From assembly GCA_964394575.1 (NCBI GenBank), contig CAYMYB010000005.1:11141-75140 (forward strand): DNA of 64,000 nt, given 5' to 3'. Source of the stretch: an uncultured Rhodoluna sp. (GTDB lineage Bacteria > Actinomycetota > Actinomycetes > Actinomycetales > Microbacteriaceae). The notes under the pieces are model-generated. The model did no database searches and was not told the origin of the DNA. It saw nothing but the letters and a program-made list of their open reading frames with translations. A program made the translations under genes and the position numbers. Each line of letters begins with the position of its first letter. Position 1 is the stretch's first letter. Shown here piece by piece: positions 18,826-29,322 of this stretch.

Positions 18826-19377
18826 CTAAGCCTTAATCCTAACCAGGGCCTGATCGGTCTCGATAACTTCAGCAAACTCGCCAGACAGGTTTACCGCAGT
18901 GGTCATAGCCAATTCCTCGGCCGAAACTTTTTTACCTTGAAAGCTCTTGGCAAAGGTGTGAGTGGCATCAAGAATAAACCAGGTGTCCAGGCCAAGATTT
19001 CCAGCCATTCGCGCGGTTGTCTCGCAGCACATGTTTGTTTGAATACCGCAGATAGCAACAGCGTTGATTCCAGAATTTTGCAACCACTGATACAAATCCG
19101 GTTTTCCATAGAAGGCGGAATTAACTGACTTTGTCACCAGTAGATCTGGCTCACCGCTTACTACATCTTTGAAATCGTTTCCGGGTTGACCGGGTCTGAG
19201 TACCGAGTTTTCCATCACTGAATCATGCCGAACAAAAACTATCGGCTGCTTGGCTTCGCGCCAGCCAGCAATTAGTTTTGCAACGTTTTCTTCGCAATCA
19301 GGATTGTTGCGCTCACCTTTTTCGTCCCATGCCGAGAAACCTTTTTGAACATCGATGACAATAAGCGCGCGCTTCAA
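18826..19377 (-). CDS. isochorismatase-family cysteine hydrolase
   Basis: ALIVIDVQKGF N-terminal motif and AICGIQTNMCCETTAR (catalytic Cys region). Confidence 0.8.
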   Translation of the reverse strand: MKRALIVIDVQKGFSAWDEKGERNNPDCEENVAKLIAGWREAKQPIVFVRHDSVMENSVLRPGQPGNDFKDVVSGEPDLLVTKSVNSAFYGKPDLYQWLQNSGINAVAICGIQTNMCCETTARMAGNLGLDTWFILDATHTFAKSFQGKKVSAEELAMTTAVNLSGEFAEVIETDQALVRIKA

Positions 19378-19381
19378 CTAA

Positions 19382-19786
19382 TTACTTCTCTTCTTTGAAA
19401 GTAATGCTCACCGAGTTGATGCAAAAGCGATCACCGGTTGGTGTCTGCGGAGCATCTTCAAAGACATGCCCGAGATGGGAACCGCAGGCTCGGCAGAGAA
19501 CTTCTACCCGCTTCATCCCGTGCGAGTTATCTTCGCGGAGTTCAACAGCATGATCTTCTTTTGGTTCGTAGAAACTTGGCCAGCCGCAGTGTGAATCAAA
19601 TTTGGTGGTGCTGGTAAACAGTTCTGCCCCACAGCCTCGGCAGGAGTATGTTCCAGTGCGCTCTTCGTTAAGCAGTTCACCGGTGAAAGCTCTTTCTGTG
19701 CCTGCTTCACGAAGTACGTGGAACTCAAATTCAGTTAATTCGGCTCGCCACTGCTCTTCTGTTTTCTCAACTTTGCGTTCGGTCAT
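19382..19786 (-). CDS. msrB: peptide-methionine (R)-S-oxide reductase
   Basis: Two CxxC pairs (CRGCGAELF, CRACGSHLGHVF) and GWPSF. This is a canonical SelR domain. Confidence 0.95.
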   Translation of the reverse strand: MTERKVEKTEEQWRAELTEFEFHVLREAGTERAFTGELLNEERTGTYSCRGCGAELFTSTTKFDSHCGWPSFYEPKEDHAVELREDNSHGMKRVEVLCRACGSHLGHVFEDAPQTPTGDRFCINSVSITFKEEK

Positions 19787-19848
19787 TTCGTCCTTCTTCA
19801 GTAATCTCGCAGGTTAGGAACCTAATATAGAACAGTTGGGGCAAAGGA

Positions 19849-20367
19849 GTGAACATGGCCAAGGAGAAACAGCAGGATCTGTTGGATCAGATTGCCGCTG
19901 ATTACAAGCACGCCGGCCGTCACCGCGCTAAAAAGACCGCCAAGGATCGCTGGATTGAATTACTTTGGCTAGCGGTTGCCTCGGTGCTGCTCAGTTCGTC
20001 TGGATATTTCGGTTTGCAATATGCCGTTAGCGCCATCGCCACCCCAAGCCCATCCCAACGCATAGTCAACGGAGTTGACCTGAATACCCCGATAACGGTT
20101 ATAGATGGCTCCGGCACCAGAAAACTAGCCAGCCCAATCGGCCAGGCACTTCTAAACGGCAAGCTGGTTGTCCCGTATTCGAGGACCCTAGACAAGATCA
20201 TTTTGACCAAATCTTTGATAAAGATTCAGAAGGAAGAGTATCGTGCGCTAGCCAAGCGGATGATGCTTATCATCGGCGAATTGCCGATTGTTTTGGATAA
20301 AGATGCCAAATATCCGATTGAAGTTCGCCTGGGTTCGGATTATGTGCCGAAAACCCCTATAAATTAG
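19849..20367 (+). CDS. membrane-anchored protein, possibly with a LytR_C-like domain
   Basis: One TM helix, then ITVIDGSGTRKLASPIGQALLNG, which resembles the LytR C-terminal domain pattern. This is a weak assignment. Confidence 0.4.
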   Translation: MNMAKEKQQDLLDQIAADYKHAGRHRAKKTAKDRWIELLWLAVASVLLSSSGYFGLQYAVSAIATPSPSQRIVNGVDLNTPITVIDGSGTRKLASPIGQALLNGKLVVPYSRTLDKIILTKSLIKIQKEEYRALAKRMMLIIGELPIVLDKDAKYPIEVRLGSDYVPKTPIN

Positions 20368-20560
20368 CCATTTTTGCTCTATAACGGTCCTGTTATAGGG
20401 GAAAAATTAACTTGCCAATAGTTCTAGGTTTGACCCTAGACTAAACACAGTCTTAAAAGGATTCGTTTGCTAAACACTCGAAATCACTTCGGTCAAAGCT
20501 GGAGAGACTGCAGTGAAGGAAGTACCGGATCTGAATGAAACAAAGTTATAGGAGCAACAC

Positions 20561-20761
20561 ATGGCACAAGGAACCGTAAAGTGGTTCAACTCTGAAAAGG
20601 GTTTCGGCTTCATTACTCAGGATGGTGGAGCTGACGTTTTCGTTCACTTCTCAGCTATCCAGGGCGATGGATACAAGGAACTCAAGGAAAACCAGAGGGT
20701 TGAGTTCGAGGTAAAGAACGGCGACAAAGGCCCACAGGCCGACAACGTCCACGTTATCTAA
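20561..20761 (+). CDS. cspA: cold-shock protein
   Basis: [15 protein letters not shown] (RNP1) and DVFVHFS (RNP2). 66 aa with a strong SD (TAGGAGCAACACATG). Confidence 0.95.
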   Translation: MAQGTVKWFNSEKGFGFITQDGGADVFVHFSAIQGDGYKELKENQRVEFEVKNGDKGPQADNVHVI

Positions 20762-20779
20762 GGACAACTAAACGGATTA

Positions 20780-20800
20780 GACCACCCTTTTAGGGTGGTC
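20780..20800 (+). terminator. hairpin downstream of cspA
   Basis: GACCACCC-TTTTA-GGGTGGTC, an 8-bp GC-rich stem. There is no clear U-tract. Confidence 0.45.
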
Positions 20801-20817
20801 TATGACTTTAACCCTGA

Positions 20818-20844
20818 CTTGCACTCTAAGCCAGAGAGTGCCAG
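20818..20844 (+). promoter_or_regulatory. degenerate upstream CIRCE-like inverted repeat overlapping a putative groEL promoter
   Basis: CTTGCACTC-N9-GAGTGCCAG compared with the consensus TTAGCACTC-N9-GAGTGCTAA (4 mismatches). TTGCAC, then 17 nt, then CAGAAT could be the -35/-10 elements. Confidence 0.45.
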
Positions 20845-20850
20845 AATTGA

Positions 20851-20877
20851 TTAGCACTCAAGTAATGAGAGTGCTAA
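20851..20877 (+). promoter_or_regulatory. CIRCE operator (HrcA binding site)
   Basis: A perfect TTAGCACTC-N9-GAGTGCTAA match located 42 nt upstream of the groEL ATG. Confidence 0.9.
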
Positions 20878-20912
20878 TTATCCGTTTTTACTACTCGTCC
20901 AGGAGGGCGTAA

Positions 20913-22535
<1,623 letters not shown>

Positions 22536-22565
22536 AAACTTAGCCGAGAATCGCTCCGGCTAAAA

Positions 22566-22592
22566 GGGGTGGAACCAATTAGGTTCCACCCC
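22566..22592. terminator. bidirectional intrinsic terminator between groEL and the WXG100 gene
   Basis: GGGGTGGAACC-AATTA-GGTTCCACCCC, an 11-bp stem flanked by AAAA upstream and TTTA downstream. Confidence 0.7.
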
Positions 22593-22612
22593 TTTATGCA
22601 TTCACCGTGAAA

Positions 22613-22900
22613 CTAGATGAAAAGCCTTTGGTTGGCAGCTTCAATTTCACTGTATTGATGAGCAGCTATCCGAAGTGCTGTGCCGAGTTCGCCGAGCTGG
22701 TTATCAACCGTGGTAGCGGTGATTTTCCAGCGACCAACCAACTCCTGAAAGCTCGATGCGGCTGAACCGCGCCAGACATCCTGCAATCGCAATAGTTGCG
22801 AATGTAGTGCATCGACTTCCGTTTGGAGTTTGGCAATCGTTGCTTGAATGGTGCTGTTAGCAGCTAGAACTTGTTCGCTATCTACTTGTATTTGGGCCAT
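22613..22900 (-). CDS. WXG100-family (ESAT-6-like) protein, unpaired
   Basis: 95 aa, helical heptad-like sequence, central W-R-G (DVWRGSAA) and a C-terminal YSEIE (YxxxD/E export motif). Confidence 0.8.
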   Translation of the reverse strand: MAQIQVDSEQVLAANSTIQATIAKLQTEVDALHSQLLRLQDVWRGSAASSFQELVGRWKITATTVDNQLGELGTALRIAAHQYSEIEAANQRLFI

Positions 22901-22997
22901 TTGTTTACCTCCTTAGGTAAACAATCGAATCGCAGACTAGCTAGCTTGGGAAAGGCTTTTTCTTTTCTGTTGAGAACTAGTTGGTTTTAGAAACCTG

Positions 22998-24479
22998 TTA
23001 GTTGGGAAGATTCACTCTAAAGGTTGCCCCGCCACCTTTAGTTTCCTCGGCAACAATTTTGCCGCCGTGGGCCTGAATAATCGATTTAGCAATGGCAAGA
23101 CCGAGACCCGATCCGCCAGCATCGCGATTTCTAGAATTGTCGCTTCGGTAGAAACGTTCAAATACTTTGCTACGAAGCTGTTTTGGAATACCCGGACCGT
23201 GATCAATTACCTTGATGACCAGTTCGTTGTCCTTAACACCAGCGGCAATCTCAATCGGCTTTTCTCCAGCAAAAATTCGAGCATTATTTAGTAGATTCGT
23301 CAGAACCTGAGTCATCGCAGACTCGTCCATTTTCCAATCTAACTTTCCAGTTAGCGCTTTGCCGTTGAGATTGGTCAGTGAGATATTCAAGTCAGGGAAA
23401 CCGGCTTTCAGGTTATCGGTTACCTTTTCAATAAGTTTTTGAACATCGGTGCTGGCAAATTGCAAACTCTTCTCGTTATCCAATCTGGCTAGGGCAAGAA
23501 GCGACTCAACCAGCGATGACATCCGCAGCGCTTCGGCCTCAATCTTGGACATCGAGTCATCGACTTCCTTTTTAGTCTTGAAAGCACCTTTGCGATACAA
23601 CTCTGCGTAACCACGAAGGGTCACTAGGGGAGTTCTAAGTTCGTGGCTGGCGTCAGCCACAAATTCTTTCATTCGCTTTAGCGTTTTGTTTCGCTCTTTT
23701 AGGGAGTCTTCAATTGAGTCCAACATCTCATTCAGTGAACGGTTGATGATTGCAATCTCAGTATCACCTTCTATCTGAGGCAACCTGGAATCTAGCTTTC
23801 CCTCCCGAACGGCATCCGCGGCCGTCGTCACCTCTCGAAGCGGCTTAAGTGCCGTTTTAACGCTGAGCCAAAGCGTAGCGGCGATTATGATCAGCAGTAA
23901 AAAGCTGAAGCCGAAGCCGATAGCGCGGTACTGGTTGAGGATGGTTTGCTCATAGGTTGTTGGTATCGCGACAACGACCGAACCACTGTTGTTTCTTAGC
24001 GGCAGCGCAACCAATCGCCACTCCTGCGCTTTATCGCCAGAACCCTTAGAAATATCTGCCGTGAATGGGCTCCCCTTTAGGGCAATTACCGAGATCAGGT
24101 TGAATTCACTTAAGTTTGGCACCGGTCGATCACCGATTGCCGAAGAGACAAGGCCGATATAGATCTTGCCGCTTGGATCCAGAAAGGCGATGTAATAATC
24201 ACTTGGCAGAGCTGGAAGCGCAATGTCACCGGCCATAAAACGCTCGCGGACAGTTACCGGGTCAACCTCTGCCAGAATCTGGGCACTTTCTACCAGGGTT
24301 TCTTCGGTATTACGCTGAACATCACTTCGCAGGAATGCTAGAGCTCCGAGAACAAAGAAAGATAGAACAATAGCAAGAGCAATTACCGATGTTACAGTCA
24401 GTCGGGTCCTAAGTGAAAGTCGAGACCAAAACGTTCCAGCCTGTTTTAGTGCCGTTTTTTTAGTTTTGGTCCTAGACAT
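22998..24479 (-). CDS. membrane sensor histidine kinase (2 TM, HAMP, HisKA, HATPase)
   Basis: H-box SHELRTPLVTL, N-box LLNNARIF, DHGPGIP, GGSGLGLAIAKSI. 1-nt overlap (TGATG) with the upstream regulator gene. Confidence 0.85.
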   Translation of the reverse strand: MSRTKTKKTALKQAGTFWSRLSLRTRLTVTSVIALAIVLSFFVLGALAFLRSDVQRNTEETLVESAQILAEVDPVTVRERFMAGDIALPALPSDYYIAFLDPSGKIYIGLVSSAIGDRPVPNLSEFNLISVIALKGSPFTADISKGSGDKAQEWRLVALPLRNNSGSVVVAIPTTYEQTILNQYRAIGFGFSFLLLIIIAATLWLSVKTALKPLREVTTAADAVREGKLDSRLPQIEGDTEIAIINRSLNEMLDSIEDSLKERNKTLKRMKEFVADASHELRTPLVTLRGYAELYRKGAFKTKKEVDDSMSKIEAEALRMSSLVESLLALARLDNEKSLQFASTDVQKLIEKVTDNLKAGFPDLNISLTNLNGKALTGKLDWKMDESAMTQVLTNLLNNARIFAGEKPIEIAAGVKDNELVIKVIDHGPGIPKQLRSKVFERFYRSDNSRNRDAGGSGLGLAIAKSIIQAHGGKIVAEETKGGGATFRVNLPN

Positions 24480-25174
24480 CAGTCGTTCTTATAAGTTCTA
24501 AACATGTATCCGACACCGCGCTTAGTCTGAATCAACTGATTCTTACTCAGCGGGTCGATTTTTTTGCGAAGGTAGGAAACGTAACTTTCGACAATACCTT
24601 GCTCACCGTTGAAATCGTATTCCCAAACGTGATCCAGAATTTGGTCTTTGCTCATAACTCGGTTTGCATTGGTCATTAGGAATCTAAGTAGCTTGTATTC
24701 GGTGGGGGATAACTCGATTTCCGTTCCGTTTACAAAAACTTCGTGGGCATCCTGGTTGATCCTGATTTCCCCAACTTCGAGAATGCTGTCTTCGGTTTCA
24801 CGCTTTTTGGTCCGACGTAAGATCGCATTGATACGGGCAATAACTTCATCAATTGAAAAAGGCTTGGTCATGTAGTCATCGCCACCGACGGTAAGGCCGG
24901 TTACTTTATCGCTGCGATCGTCCCGAGCTGATAGGAAGAGCACCGGAACATCTATCTGCATTGACCTTAGTTTCGTGGTAACCGAAAAGCCCGACTGGTC
25001 TGGCAACATCACATCGAGCACCAAAATGTCTGGTTTCGCCTTTTCAGCGACACTAACGGCTTCGGCACCAGTGCCGACTGAGTAAACGCTGAAGCCAGCA
25101 AATTTCAAACCAGCTTCGAGTAAATCCCGGATGTTCTTCTCGTCATCTACGATGAGTACGCGTGGTGTTTTCAT
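24479..25174 (-). CDS. OmpR-family response regulator
   Basis: VLIVDDE, ILVLDVMLPD, FLSARD, KPF, and the winged helix RGVGYMF. Confidence 0.9.
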   Translation of the reverse strand: MKTPRVLIVDDEKNIRDLLEAGLKFAGFSVYSVGTGAEAVSVAEKAKPDILVLDVMLPDQSGFSVTTKLRSMQIDVPVLFLSARDDRSDKVTGLTVGGDDYMTKPFSIDEVIARINAILRRTKKRETEDSILEVGEIRINQDAHEVFVNGTEIELSPTEYKLLRFLMTNANRVMSKDQILDHVWEYDFNGEQGIVESYVSYLRKKIDPLSKNQLIQTKRGVGYMFRTYKND

Positions 25175-25236
25175 GGCCTAAATCTTTCAGTTCAGCCTAA
25201 CTAAAGACTGAGTTTAGCCTGTGTGTTACCTGAGAG

Positions 25237-26871
25237 TTAAATATCCTCAACATCAAGAATCTCATAGGCATAGCCCTGCTCGGCCAGAAAGCGCTGGCGG
25301 TTCTGGGCAAAATCTTGATCCACGGTGTCTCGGGTGATCAGGGTAAAAAAGTTGGCTGATCGGCCATCTGCTTTGGGTCTGAGCAGTCTTCCGAGTCGTT
25401 GGGCCTCTTCCTGTCTGGAGCCAAATGAACCAGAGATTTGAATAGCCAAAGAAGCCTCGGGTAAATCTACGGAGAAATTAGCCACCTTAGAAACCACCAA
25501 CACCGAAATCCTGCCTTCACGGAAATCAGCAAACAGCTTTTCTCTGGTATCGACCGGCGTATCACCGGTAATCAAGTCGGCGGCTAAGCTCTCTGCTACC
25601 TCGTGTAACTGATCCAGATATTGCCCGATGATAAGAGTTGGCTCAGTCGGGTACTTTTCTAGTATTTTTCGAATCACCGGAATTTTTCTTGCAGAGCTAG
25701 CTGCTAACCGATATTTATCTTCGGTTTCAGCAAGTGCATACTCCATTAACTCTTCTTCAGGCAAATCAATTCTGACCTCGAAGCATTTTGCCGGAGCGAT
25801 ATAACCCTGCTGCTCAATTTCTTTCCACGGGGCATCGAATCGCTTCGGACCAATAAGTGAAAAGACATCACCCTCTTTTCCATCTTCCCTAACTAAAGTT
25901 GCGGTAAGACCCAATCTTCTTCTTGCTTGTAAGTCGGCAGTCATCTTAAAAATCGGAGCTGGAAGCAGATGAACTTCATCGTAAATAATTAGGCCCCAGT
26001 CACTATTATTTAACAGGGAGAGGTGTGAGTAGTCACCCTGCTTTTTGGTAGTGAGAATTTGGTAGGTGGCAATAGTGATAGGCGCAACTTGTTTAACCGA
26101 ACCGCTGTATTCACCGATCTCATCTTCTGTCAGGCTGGTTCGCCTAAGCAGTTCTGCTTTCCATTGCCTGGCCGAAACCGTATTAGTCACCAAAATCAGC
26201 GTGTTAGTCTTTGCCACCGCCATCGTGGCAGCACCGACCAGCGTCTTACCTGCGCCACAGGGCAGCACCACAACTCCTGAACCACCTTCCCAGAAGCGCT
26301 CCACTGCCTGCTCTTGATACTGCCGCAGTGACCAGCTCGAATTATCTAGATCGATATCGTGAGCCTTACCTGGAGCAAAACCGGCAAGATCCTCCGCCGG
26401 CCAACCCAGCTTTAGTAACTCCTGTTTTATCTGGCCTCTTGCCCATTCAGCAATTTGCCAGGCGTTTTCCTCAGTCCGATCGATAAGCAGATCCCTGACC
26501 TTACGATTTTGAATAACTTGGACTAGCACCGCTGGTTCAGCGGAGTAGAGCTCGAGCTGACCCTCGCTGTTTTTGCGGATAATCAGTTTTCCATAGCGAG
26601 CCATGGTCTGTTCGATGTCCAAGCGGATGCTGGTTGGCACTGGGAATTTGGCATACTTATCTAAAACCCCGAGCACAAAACTACTGTCGTGCCCCGCCGC
26701 CCTGGCATTCCATAACCCCAGCTTGGTAATGCGATAGGTGTGGATGTGTTCAGGCGCTCGCTCCAGCTCGGCAAATACGGCTAAATCGTGTCTAGCTTCT
26801 CCAGCCTGCGGGTGGTCGGTTTCCAGCAGGGCAGTTTTATCGCTCTGCACGATTAGTGCTCCAGTAGACAT
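25237..26871 (-). CDS. ercc3: XPB/ERCC3-type SF2 DNA helicase
   Basis: Walker A LPCGAGKT, DEVH box (IIYDEVHLL), TATLVRED and QRLGRLLR. The N-terminal damage-recognition-like domain resembles Rv0861c. Confidence 0.85.
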   Translation of the reverse strand: MSTGALIVQSDKTALLETDHPQAGEARHDLAVFAELERAPEHIHTYRITKLGLWNARAAGHDSSFVLGVLDKYAKFPVPTSIRLDIEQTMARYGKLIIRKNSEGQLELYSAEPAVLVQVIQNRKVRDLLIDRTEENAWQIAEWARGQIKQELLKLGWPAEDLAGFAPGKAHDIDLDNSSWSLRQYQEQAVERFWEGGSGVVVLPCGAGKTLVGAATMAVAKTNTLILVTNTVSARQWKAELLRRTSLTEDEIGEYSGSVKQVAPITIATYQILTTKKQGDYSHLSLLNNSDWGLIIYDEVHLLPAPIFKMTADLQARRRLGLTATLVREDGKEGDVFSLIGPKRFDAPWKEIEQQGYIAPAKCFEVRIDLPEEELMEYALAETEDKYRLAASSARKIPVIRKILEKYPTEPTLIIGQYLDQLHEVAESLAADLITGDTPVDTREKLFADFREGRISVLVVSKVANFSVDLPEASLAIQISGSFGSRQEEAQRLGRLLRPKADGRSANFFTLITRDTVDQDFAQNRQRFLAEQGYAYEILDVEDI

Positions 26872-26875
26872 CCTT

Positions 26876-28624
26876 TTAGCCTATGGCAACACTGGTTATG
26901 CTGGCCAGCGGTAGCACTCGTTCGCAGTCAGCCTGCTTATCTTTTGCCCGCAGTCGCCCATTGGCAAGGCCAGTTGGTTCTACTACGAACTCCCGCTTCA
27001 TCTTCTTATCGGTAACGCTTACTCGCACGGTGCCCTTATTTTTGATGGCAAGTTCTAAGGTTCTGATGATGTCATCGCCGAGCGGATTTTCCCCCATCCG
27101 TTTATCGTGTTCCCGCCAGCGTCTAATATCGTCAGCAACACAGTGCCGACCAGGTTGTTGGTGGAAACCTTCTTGATTTAACCAGCTGGTGATTATTTCA
27201 CCGGCTGAATTTAGCGCAACCGCAGGATACTTGTTCTCGCGAAGTTGGTAGTAAACAAGTTCTTGATCAAAATTAGTAATCAAACTGTTTTCGGTGTGCT
27301 TTTGAAAACTAAGCGCTTTGAGTTCACTGTTGTTTAGTATGGCGGTGAGCAGAACCTTGTCCTTTGATTCCAAAACAGTGCCTTGATTCTCTTGCCTTAG
27401 GCTCAGCCGACCAAATCTTGCCGCAGTTTCACGAATCAGGTAGTCAACCGGTTGTGGCAGATCTTTACCAGTTAGATCCAAAAGAATCTTTCTAATCTCG
27501 GTTTCAGTTAAGCCAGTTTCCATTCCGTAACTCAGGCTCAGAGCGCTCATTCGATAGCTCGATGCGACACCGATTCGCTCAAGATCGACAAAGCGACGAA
27601 GCATAAGTTCGGTTTTGGTATCCAACGGCCCTGTTGAGATAAGTGTCAAATCCGCCTGAAGAATTAGACGGTTGTGCACTTTCGGCATTTGCTGAAAAAT
27701 TGCTGCCTTAGCTTTCTCAAACTCGCCCTGCATCAGAGGTTTATACCAACTAGCCACCTGGTGATTTGCCGTCAGCCCAATCAACTCAGCTAGGGCGACC
27801 AGATTGGCCATGTGTGAGGCAATACCCTGGTTGGCCAACGGAAAGTTTTCCTTTATGGCTTCGGAGAGATTTGTTTCGGTAGCTAAATCCCGGGCAGACT
27901 CTGGCCCCAAAAGAGCTAACCAATTGCTAGCCAATTTCAGCCAGCGATCGGCTGGTTCACTTTCTAACCAGGCTGCATATTCTTTGCCAACTCGCCAGCG
28001 CTTCTGATGCAGAACGACCAAGCCGGCAATCTGGGCCAGAGCATATAACTGTCTTGCATAATCAATTTCTCTGCCAAGAAAGTTGGCTAATCTTCGCAAC
28101 TCGGCAACCCCGACATCACCGCGACCAACCTCTGGGACATATCGGTGATCCAACTCAATCACTAATTCGGTTAGCGCTTGAATACTTTCGAAGGCACCGA
28201 CAGCAGCCAGCGGATCAATTGACTCGGCGGATATTTCATCAGGAATTCTCTCGCTATCAACTGGGAGAGTTATTTGCTGCAGGATTTTTCTAGAAACCAA
28301 CTGCCTGAAAGTTTCGGCAGCGCTCAGATAAGGCATATATCCCTTCTCGGTTTTCTGAACCAGAAACAACTTGGCAAGTACTTCTAACTGAGCTTTATCA
28401 GTGGCCTTGGTTTTACCTTCAAGCAGATTGTCGAAGGCGATTATTTGATTTCTGGTAAGTCCGGCAATTGCACCTTTGAGGTTTTGCGGCTTAGCCAGTG
28501 CGCTCGCGAAGTCAAAAAAGTCTTTGAAATTAGCCGAAGGCATCAGCCTGATGCCGATGATGCGCTCAAGTTCAGGATCGCTTGACTTGGCTAGCGCTTT
28601 GGCTATCTCTAGGACTTCTGACAT
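26876..28624 (-). CDS. XPB-associated conserved protein (Rv0862c-like, helicase-associated domain)
   Basis: 582-aa ORF ending 4 nt from the XPB start. Assignment rests on conserved gene pairing in actinobacteria; no catalytic motif was recognised by eye. Confidence 0.55.
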   Translation of the reverse strand: MSEVLEIAKALAKSSDPELERIIGIRLMPSANFKDFFDFASALAKPQNLKGAIAGLTRNQIIAFDNLLEGKTKATDKAQLEVLAKLFLVQKTEKGYMPYLSAAETFRQLVSRKILQQITLPVDSERIPDEISAESIDPLAAVGAFESIQALTELVIELDHRYVPEVGRGDVGVAELRRLANFLGREIDYARQLYALAQIAGLVVLHQKRWRVGKEYAAWLESEPADRWLKLASNWLALLGPESARDLATETNLSEAIKENFPLANQGIASHMANLVALAELIGLTANHQVASWYKPLMQGEFEKAKAAIFQQMPKVHNRLILQADLTLISTGPLDTKTELMLRRFVDLERIGVASSYRMSALSLSYGMETGLTETEIRKILLDLTGKDLPQPVDYLIRETAARFGRLSLRQENQGTVLESKDKVLLTAILNNSELKALSFQKHTENSLITNFDQELVYYQLRENKYPAVALNSAGEIITSWLNQEGFHQQPGRHCVADDIRRWREHDKRMGENPLGDDIIRTLELAIKNKGTVRVSVTDKKMKREFVVEPTGLANGRLRAKDKQADCERVLPLASITSVAIG

Positions 28625-28628
28625 TTAG

Positions 28629-28865
28629 CTAATTACTTCTCTTTTTCCGCCTGGCACTAAGAATCAGCACACCGATTAGGCAGAGAACTCCAAATGGCAA
28701 CGCTAGCATCGGCACCAGACCTAGCCCCACCGGCATGAACTTATACTCGGTGAAGGCCGAGAGAAGTATGACGAGCACCGCTAGGACACTGATTATTACT
28801 GAGCCGATAAAACTGAATGCTAAAAAGCTCTCCAGACGACTGGAATCCGGTTTGTTATTGGTCAT
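28629..28865 (-). CDS. small 2-TM membrane protein
   Basis: 78 aa with two hydrophobic helices and a basic C-terminus (RRKKRSN). It lies 4 nt upstream of the XPB-partner gene, so it is probably in the same operon. Confidence 0.45.
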   Translation of the reverse strand: MTNNKPDSSRLESFLAFSFIGSVIISVLAVLVILLSAFTEYKFMPVGLGLVPMLALPFGVLCLIGVLILSARRKKRSN

Positions 28866-28926
28866 CCTTTTAGGATACTTGCTCTAGCCGAGTAAAATGA
28901 AGGTTGCAGCAACGAAAGAGGTAGTT

Positions 28927-29322
28927 ATGCCAACAGGACACGTAAAGTTCTTTGATTCGGTCAAAGGCTTTGGTTTCGTGCAATCCGATGAAGGGGCCGA
29001 AGCCTTCCTCCACGTGACCAATTTGCCTGAAGGCATGACCGATATCAAGCCTGGAACCAGGATTGAATACAGTGTGGTTGATTCCAAACGTGGTGCTCAG
29101 GTGCTTACCCTCAGGGTGTTGGAAGTTCCAGAGAGTCTCGAGAAGAAGCAGCGCGCTGCTACCCGAATGAAAAATGAGGATCTCGTGATTCTAGTTGAGG
29201 GGCTCATTGCTGCCTTGGATAAGATAAGGCCTGGCATTGAGCATGGTCGCTTGCCCGAAGGTGCAAGTGCAGACAAACTTGCCAGATTGCTACGCACCTT
29301 GGCCGATCAATTGAAAAGCTGA
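28927..29322 (+). CDS. cold-shock-domain protein with helical C-terminal extension (CspB-like)
   Basis: MPTGHVKFFDSVKGFGFV and AFLHVT (RNP1/RNP2). I chose the ATG at 28927, behind the AAAGAGG SD, rather than the track start at 28897. Confidence 0.8.
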   Translation: MPTGHVKFFDSVKGFGFVQSDEGAEAFLHVTNLPEGMTDIKPGTRIEYSVVDSKRGAQVLTLRVLEVPESLEKKQRAATRMKNEDLVILVEGLIAALDKIRPGIEHGRLPEGASADKLARLLRTLADQLKS

